Below are positions 57,994-64,000 of a DNA stretch of 64,000 bases, piece by piece; the stretch's first letter is position 1; the number at the start of each line of letters is the position of its first letter. The stretch spans positions 1,860,001 to 1,924,000 of the forward strand of contig OZ037833.1 of NCBI GenBank assembly GCA_964035575.1, given 5' to 3'. The notes under the pieces were generated by a model. It ran no database searches, was not told where the DNA came from, and worked only from the letters and a program-made list of their open reading frames with translations. Both the position numbers and the translations under genes were made by a program. Source of the stretch: Rhynchopus sp. YZ270_cl-10 (lineage: Eukaryota).

Positions 57994-60900
57994 CTACATA
58001 CCTTTCAGAATATCATCAGCAATGACATGGAGGTCCACCCTTCCGCTTGAATAGCTGAGTGCAAGCTTGGGCTCACGGTCGTCATAAGAAAAATCAAAGT
58101 CGTTAGGATAGCTGACTTTCCCGTCAATGTTGAGTTTGCAGTCATGCGCGAGGACAGGCTTTTCACGTTTTATGATATCGTCCTCTATCATGTCAAAGAT
58201 GAAGATGAATCCGTTAGAGTCAAGCGCCCAGGCGACACCTCTGTGCTGCATAGACCAGCGCGCTACGATGATGGGGTGATGTGTGAAGTCCTCAAAGGTG
58301 AAGAGCGGGGTGCCCCACCCGGTTTTGTAGATGTTGAGGCTTCCGTCGCTGAGCCCTGCGAGGAAGAGACGGCTGTCACAAACCGACGCATAGTGCAGTG
58401 TCAAGACACGTGTCCCGTACTTCGCATCCGCACTTCCTATCATATCCCCAGGCAACCGTTGTGAAGACTTATACCGAGAAGGCACCGCACGATCCCCAAA
58501 CCGCGAACAATGCAGCACATCCCCTGAATCAGACCCAATCAAAAACTGCGACGCATCGTCCGGTTGGAACTCCAGGTCAAATGCACGCATCTCCGGGAAT
58601 GTGTCGGGGTCCTCCCAGAGCACCGACTGATGCTGCTTTCTTTTCTTTGCAATCGGAGACGACGACACACGGTCTCCACTATAAGGGTCCAGGTCATCCC
58701 GTATCACGATTTTGTCGGGCATGCGAATCTGTGATAGAGAGAGAGTGAAATGTGAGGAGAGAAGAGGAGAGCATACCGGATCAAAGTTGAACTTCGCAGG
58801 CTGTGGCTGCACAGTCGCAGAGCGGAAGAGACGAAGCTTGCCCCCTACATTAAGCCCATAGTCCTTTTCAAAGGCACGTTTGTCCACAACATCAACAACA
58901 ATCCAGATCTTGACACACCCCGTTTCATCGAGAGTTGCGACCTGTGGGGGGGCAAAAGGGTTTACAAAGGAGAAAACCTCGGGTGGTATACCTGTTCACT
59001 GCTGTCGCTGTCGTTCATCCCTCCCATCAGAATGTTGTTGTACCCTACAGGAAGGATTCGCCGAATCGCGCAAGAATGGTTCTCACCTGACATGTAGTCC
59101 GTGGAGTAGGTGGGGGTGCGGAGGATGGCGGAGGACGTGCCGGACTTTTTGTGGTGAACGTGCGCGTGGTCGGGCTCGCGGAGGTCCCAGAGATAGACTG
59201 ACCCGTTTGAGCTGTGGTGTGAGTGGTTTAATTGAAAAAATTTAGAAAATATGGAAGTTGACAGTAGAGAATCTGTGGGCGCAGACACCCGGTTCTCTGT
59301 CGGACTATGAAAACGTGGTGCATACCTCCCCCCATAGAGCAGGTGTCCGTTGTACGGCGAAAACGTCGCCGTCGTAATGGTGCCACCGGCAATGCAGAAC
59401 TTATCGGGTGTGCTTGGGTTGCTCACATTCCACACCAACACCAGGCCGTCTCTGACTGAGGTGTCCTCCCCGAACCCAGAGACCTCGCCCTTCGCGCTTT
59501 CGTGTATGGACGCCATGTATTGAAGCGCAACTCTGCTGAAGACCACTCCTGTTGTACCACGCTCTGTACCGATAAATTTGTTGTTTTTGAGGGTTGTCGT
59601 CTTTCTGCTGAAGGGGCACGTCTGCGACTCCACACCCCCCTCTAGGGCAGTCATATTTTCATCTAAGAGCACTCTGAACACACCGCTGCAGTTTGTCATG
59701 AAAGCGGACAGCTGTGCTGTGTCGATACGGTAGCGTGACGCACCACGCCCCTTCGGCTGCACAGCCTTCCCACTGAGACCGAGATCTTCGGGGGCCTGCG
59801 CCACGTGGTCCTCCATAGTGATTTCATCAGTTTGAATGGCAGTGGTGTCGATCTCAGTTTCATCTGGAACCTGTGTCGAAACCTGCTCGCTATTGGAGGA
59901 ACCAAAGTTGCGTATGTAAAGCTCATACTCGGTGATGGGTTGGATCTCCATCATATCAAACGACACACAGTCGAGCGGGACAAGCTGGAGGATCTCCTGC
60001 GCTCGGGACATCTGTTTGGTGCGTTCGGCGCTAAGCTTTCTGCCCTTCAACACTTCTGCATGACTCATCCCCTTTCTTTCGGCAAGGACAATGCCTTGGT
60101 TGGTAGTGTCCTTTTTGGGTGTGCCTACACGGGAGTCGCGGGTTCTGTCTTTTCGTTGCTGTTTCGCGTCCTCGTATTCGCGCTGCATCTGCTGGTTAAT
60201 GATTTTGTTCGCTTTCTCCGCATCAGGATCCACAAAGTCGTCATCCTCAAAGTCGTCGTCATACTCCTCATCCTCCTCAGGTTCTGCAACGGTCTCCTCT
60301 ACCTCTGCAACCTTCGCCTCTCGTTCGTGTCTTTCCTTTTCTTCTCTGCGTCCTTTTTCCGCCTTTTTCGCTTCCTTATATTCACGCTCCAGGACATCAA
60401 CGGATTGCCTCAAATCCGCAGGAATCGGCATTTTCCCAAATTCTAATACTCCAGAATAAAAATTCGTCATAATGTGCGCTGAGGAGACTTTAGGGTCGGC
60501 AGAGACGTTCATGGCATCGGAAAGCTTGCAGCGTTCTTTATCGCTTTTGGCTTCGTCGGAGTCGGAGAGGCCAAGGAGTTGCATGTATTGTTCGGTGAGC
60601 ATTTTTTCAAGGAGTTTGTGGAAGGCGCAACTTTTTTCATATTTATCAAGATAGCGACGCATACGGGAGTATGCTGCTGAGGAGAGGTTAAAGGTGCGTT
60701 CAGTTTCACTCAACTTCTTTCCATTTGCTGTTTCTTTTTCAGTCTTCTGGGGTTTTTCCTTTTCTGCCTTCTCCGCCTTCTCCGGGGGAACAGAAGAACG
60801 GCGACGTTCTGCAGGCTTCTCTGCAGGGGTTGGATCTTGCTGTTGCTGCTGCTCCTCTCTCCTCCGCCTTCGCTCCCTCGGCGCCTCTCCCGCAGGCGCC

Positions 60901-61061
60901 GGTGCAGCCCCAGCAGCCTCCTCCTCCCTCCTCCTCCGCCGTCTCTCCTCCTGCGGCTGCGCCTGAGGGGCCCCACCCTTCTTCTCCTTCTCCTCCTCCT
61001 CCTCACGTCGCCGCCTTCGCCGCTCCCGGTTAGGGTCTTTTTCAGGCTTTTTATCAGACAT
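57994..61061 (-). CDS. WDR60: Dynein-2 intermediate chain WDR60 / FAP163; 4 exons
   Basis: Charged N-terminus; LDCVSFDMMEIQPITEYELYIRNFG...Q.STQ; LRTPTYSTD; WD40 C-terminus; GT-AG introns at about 59212-59325, 58942-58991 and 58729-58776. Confidence 0.85.
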
Positions 61062-61073
61062 AGTATAGTGTAG

Positions 61074-61132
61074 GGGGGAGGGAGGAGGGAGGGAGGAGGG
61101 AGGGAGGAGGGAGGGAGGAGGGAGGGAGGGGG
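61074..61132. repeat. Pure G/A tract (GGGAGGA-like repeats) just upstream of WDR60
   Basis: Direct observation; reads as a C/T tract on the coding strand. Confidence 0.85.
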
Positions 61133-61565
61133 CTGTAAGAGGAATGGTTGAGATAAGATATTTAAGAGAATGGAGAGTTTTGTCGAAGTGTTGTAGAAGA
61201 AAAAAAGCTTAAGGTGAACGGAAGCCATGCTCTATGTTTAGTCTGATTAGATTACTTCTATTGCTTCTATGTTTAGTCACCTTAATTGTAATTGGTTGTG
61301 TTGTAACAGCTGGAAATTGGAAAAATGAAGTCGTTTTGCAACAAAAAAAAATGAGATTATTTGGAGGAAAAAGAGGATTCCGATATTTTCGTTGCACTCT
61401 ACTAAAACAATGATAAAAATGGGATAGAAAGAGTTTGAAAATGCAAACACCTCACCGTACACTGACGGACGCACTAGTTGATAGAAATACCTTTTTGAAA
61501 TACAAAGCCCTCTCGACAGTGTACCCTAAATAGGCATTCAAGAAAAAGAAAATGACTCAAAAATT

Positions 61566-62765
61566 TTAAAACCAATGATTCACACTCGCAGACGGTGTCA
61601 CTGCCCTGAGGTAGTGAAACCAGCCCTCCGGGATGAAGAGCGCCTCGCCAGGGGCGAGCACGGTTTCGATGTAGGGAACGTTGCGGGCGAGGGGGTGCGC
61701 GACGAAGTCCTCCGCCTCACAGAGGAGGCTGCTGCAGTTTCCTTGACCGCCGTCACCGTTGGTACCACGGTGGCCCACATAGAGACGTCTTGCGTGCTTT
61801 GGGCTGTACAGACGAATGTATTTGAATCCTGCCACCTGCACGAAGAGATTGTCATATGAGTCGCAGTGCAGTTCTGTGACAGTGTCGGCAGACCCGATCC
61901 AGCAGTTCTTTGTGATAGTCTCTGGTGTGGCAACCTCGGCAAGAAGCGACGGTGTCGGTGCATCTGCGTCCAACTGAGGGATCTGCGCCAGCAAACCATG
62001 CTGTGCAAGATACGCTGGCGGGCCGTCCCCACGCTTGGCCACTCTGCGTATCAAAAAGTCGTGCAGCGTTGTCGCCTCCTCATGCCAGACATAGCTTGCA
62101 CGGCGGTCCACATTGCGTTTACAACCTACCTCTGTGGGGACCACACGCCAACCACCTGCCTCAACAAAATACCGTACACTTGACCATTTCTTAAACGCAT
62201 CCCATTCAGCCAATAGCGTGGGACTCTTAATAACAATCGGAACCTCCTTTTTGTAGTATTCGCTTTTGAAAGTGGCTGCGTTGATGTCTTCTGGTGCAGT
62301 GTCGATGGGGTAGTCCAGCTCCTTCTCTTCGGGGTCTTCTTTGGGGAAAGAGAACTTTGGGACTCTTTTGCCCATTTTAGCGAAGAAGGCTGCTTTGCAG
62401 AGCGGTTCTGCTTCGGCGAGGATAGAGGCGTAAAGCTCATTGGGTGCACCAAGGATTATGCCCATATCGATATCACGCATTGCGTCGAGAGGGGCGTCCT
62501 TCATAGTGCATATGGCGCGTGTGAACAGACAAAGAACGTGAAGTTCTCTGTAACACACATGGTCCCAACCGCTCTCCTGTTTCGTGGTTGTTACCTCCAA
62601 AAGCGTGTTTGCCTGCGCCAGACTCGCAACAGTGTCTTCGGACATAGCAGAGTTCTGCAGTGCCTTCAGCGCCCCGACACATCCCGCATCCAGCACCGTC
62701 TCGACATCCGCCAGCAACTCCGCACCAAAATTGTCAAAGAACATAGTAATGCATTTCCATGCCAT
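61566..62765 (-). CDS. JmjC-domain hydroxylase (KDM8/JMJD5-like)
   Basis: W.AFKKWS, YLAQH.L..QIP.L, WIG...TVTELHCD, QVAGFKYIRLY, PGEALFIPEGWFH (HxD...H facial triad). Confidence 0.88.
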   Translation of the reverse strand: MAWKCITMFFDNFGAELLADVETVLDAGCVGALKALQNSAMSEDTVASLAQANTLLEVTTTKQESGWDHVCYRELHVLCLFTRAICTMKDAPLDAMRDIDMGIILGAPNELYASILAEAEPLCKAAFFAKMGKRVPKFSFPKEDPEEKELDYPIDTAPEDINAATFKSEYYKKEVPIVIKSPTLLAEWDAFKKWSSVRYFVEAGGWRVVPTEVGCKRNVDRRASYVWHEEATTLHDFLIRRVAKRGDGPPAYLAQHGLLAQIPQLDADAPTPSLLAEVATPETITKNCWIGSADTVTELHCDSYDNLFVQVAGFKYIRLYSPKHARRLYVGHRGTNGDGGQGNCSSLLCEAEDFVAHPLARNVPYIETVLAPGEALFIPEGWFHYLRAVTPSASVNHWF

Positions 62766-62882
62766 GATAAAAAGACCTTCTCGAAGAAGGAAAAAAGAGT
62801 GTATTTGCTGTAGAGGGGTGGTAAAAAGATAAGTGCAAAACGCCATGTCGGATTATCGAAACCGAGAGCACTTCATTTTGTC

Positions 62883-63551
62883 ATGCACACGGTTACCACG
62901 AGGGAGGTTGTTTGCAAGGTATATAATCATTGCCCCATCCAGAGGGAGAGGGGGAGAGAGTATCTTATAAGAAGTTACAAGAAGATGCCCAGCGACCCGT
63001 CGTACAACACCGACTACGAATCCTGGGGGAAGTGGTCCGACATTGGTGAAGACGTCAGGGCAGGTTGCCAGGACCTGAAAGCCATCCTGACCATGCAAGG
63101 GAAGGCAAGGGGCTTCCAATCCCACCAAAACTGGCCGCAGCGGAAGAAGACGTGGGTGTGGAAGCGTTTCGACACTGACATGTTGGAGGATGTTGCCTTC
63201 GAGAAGAGCTGGGTGGCGCTGGCGGATGGGGCTGCAAAGGCATGGGATCAGCATATTATTGATGAAAAAAGGAGAGCAAAAGAAAAGGAGGAGGAAGAAA
63301 AGAGGAGGGAGGGGGAGCTTCTGGAAGAAGCGCGTGCACGTGCCATGACGCTAACACAGACGCCATTGACGCAAGCATCATCCACCACTGCCGCCCCCGC
63401 ACCACCATCGCAGGAAGCCCCGGAGCCGACCAACTTCATGTTCTCAATTGTGCCCGACCAGCGCGCTCCGATGCTCTTACTTACAAAGAATTATTCGTAC
63501 AAAAAAAATATATATGGGGTGTGGGGTAGATTTCGTTTTTTTTTTACATAA
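62883..63551 (+). CDS. Antisense ORF with a chromodomain-like N-terminus, possibly TE-derived
   Basis: VCKVYNH...RGREYLIR.Y...YESW..WSDI resembles a chromo fold; GC-rich, coding-like sequence between AT-rich spacers. Confidence 0.4.
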   Translation: MHTVTTREVVCKVYNHCPIQRERGREYLIRSYKKMPSDPSYNTDYESWGKWSDIGEDVRAGCQDLKAILTMQGKARGFQSHQNWPQRKKTWVWKRFDTDMLEDVAFEKSWVALADGAAKAWDQHIIDEKRRAKEKEEEEKRREGELLEEARARAMTLTQTPLTQASSTTAAPAPPSQEAPEPTNFMFSIVPDQRAPMLLLTKNYSYKKNIYGVWGRFRFFFT

Positions 63552-64000
63552 AACCTCAGAAAAAAACGTAACGGAAAGACATTCGCTGAGGGGCCTAAAA
63601 TAAGAGAGAGAGAGAGGAAATGAAACAGAGTATATAGAGATAGCAAAAAGACCTTTTGAACGGCTCAAAAAAATACATCACGTATTATTATTAGTTTTTA
63701 CACAAAAAAAGAAGAAAAATGGGTATTGGGAGATGTACCTAAGCCTCTCTTTTGTACTTAGCCATCAAAAATAAAAAATAATCAACAAAAAAAAACCCTT
63801 TTTGACAACGAAAACACTACGGCGTTGATACGAACAACAAATCTCTGGTTTGGCGAGGTTTCTTTTTGTGTTGTCTCGACCATCGCCTTACCGTAACCAA
63901 GGTCTGTCCCTCAATGTTGGCCGAAGCTGTTTAAAAAAAAATTGACAGCGGAGCTTGCACAAATGGCAACTACACTATTCCAAAAATTCTTCTAAAAAAT

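Noticed and set aside
2724..59325. Non-canonical (euglenid-type) introns
   Set aside because: Every junction I reconstructed uses GT-AG and restores the frame

Overview
Eukaryotic nuclear DNA, not prokaryotic. About 19 host genes lie head-to-tail on the minus strand across about 62 kb. They have short canonical GT-AG introns and poly(Y)-AG tracts upstream of the start codons, which fits a euglenozoan, probably diplonemid-like, directional gene cluster (inference). Genes: STE20 kinase, two importin-alpha paralogs, parvulin PPIase, SRP72, an NSF-like AAA ATPase that carries a signal peptide, an EF-hand protein, an IQ protein, an LRR protein, RecQ, two SYCP2/KKT17-18-like ARM-PH-coiled-coil paralogs, GINS Sld5, an MFS sugar porter, a NEK kinase, a giant coiled-coil protein, a glycosyltransferase-like protein, WDR60 and a JmjC protein. 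Mobile DNA: an intact antisense hAT transposon with a 6-bp TSD, three MITEs (two with unrelated termini but the same ~460-bp internal cargo) and a probable LINE 3' fragment. The most striking unexplained signal is a set of dispersed, co-oriented hairpin motif families (A-E) in the intergenic spacers. Family A shows compensatory and G-U changes, usually sits directly upstream of a poly(Y)-AG acceptor-like tract, and appears to be the 3' tail of the LINE-like fragment. All calls were made by eye without database searches.
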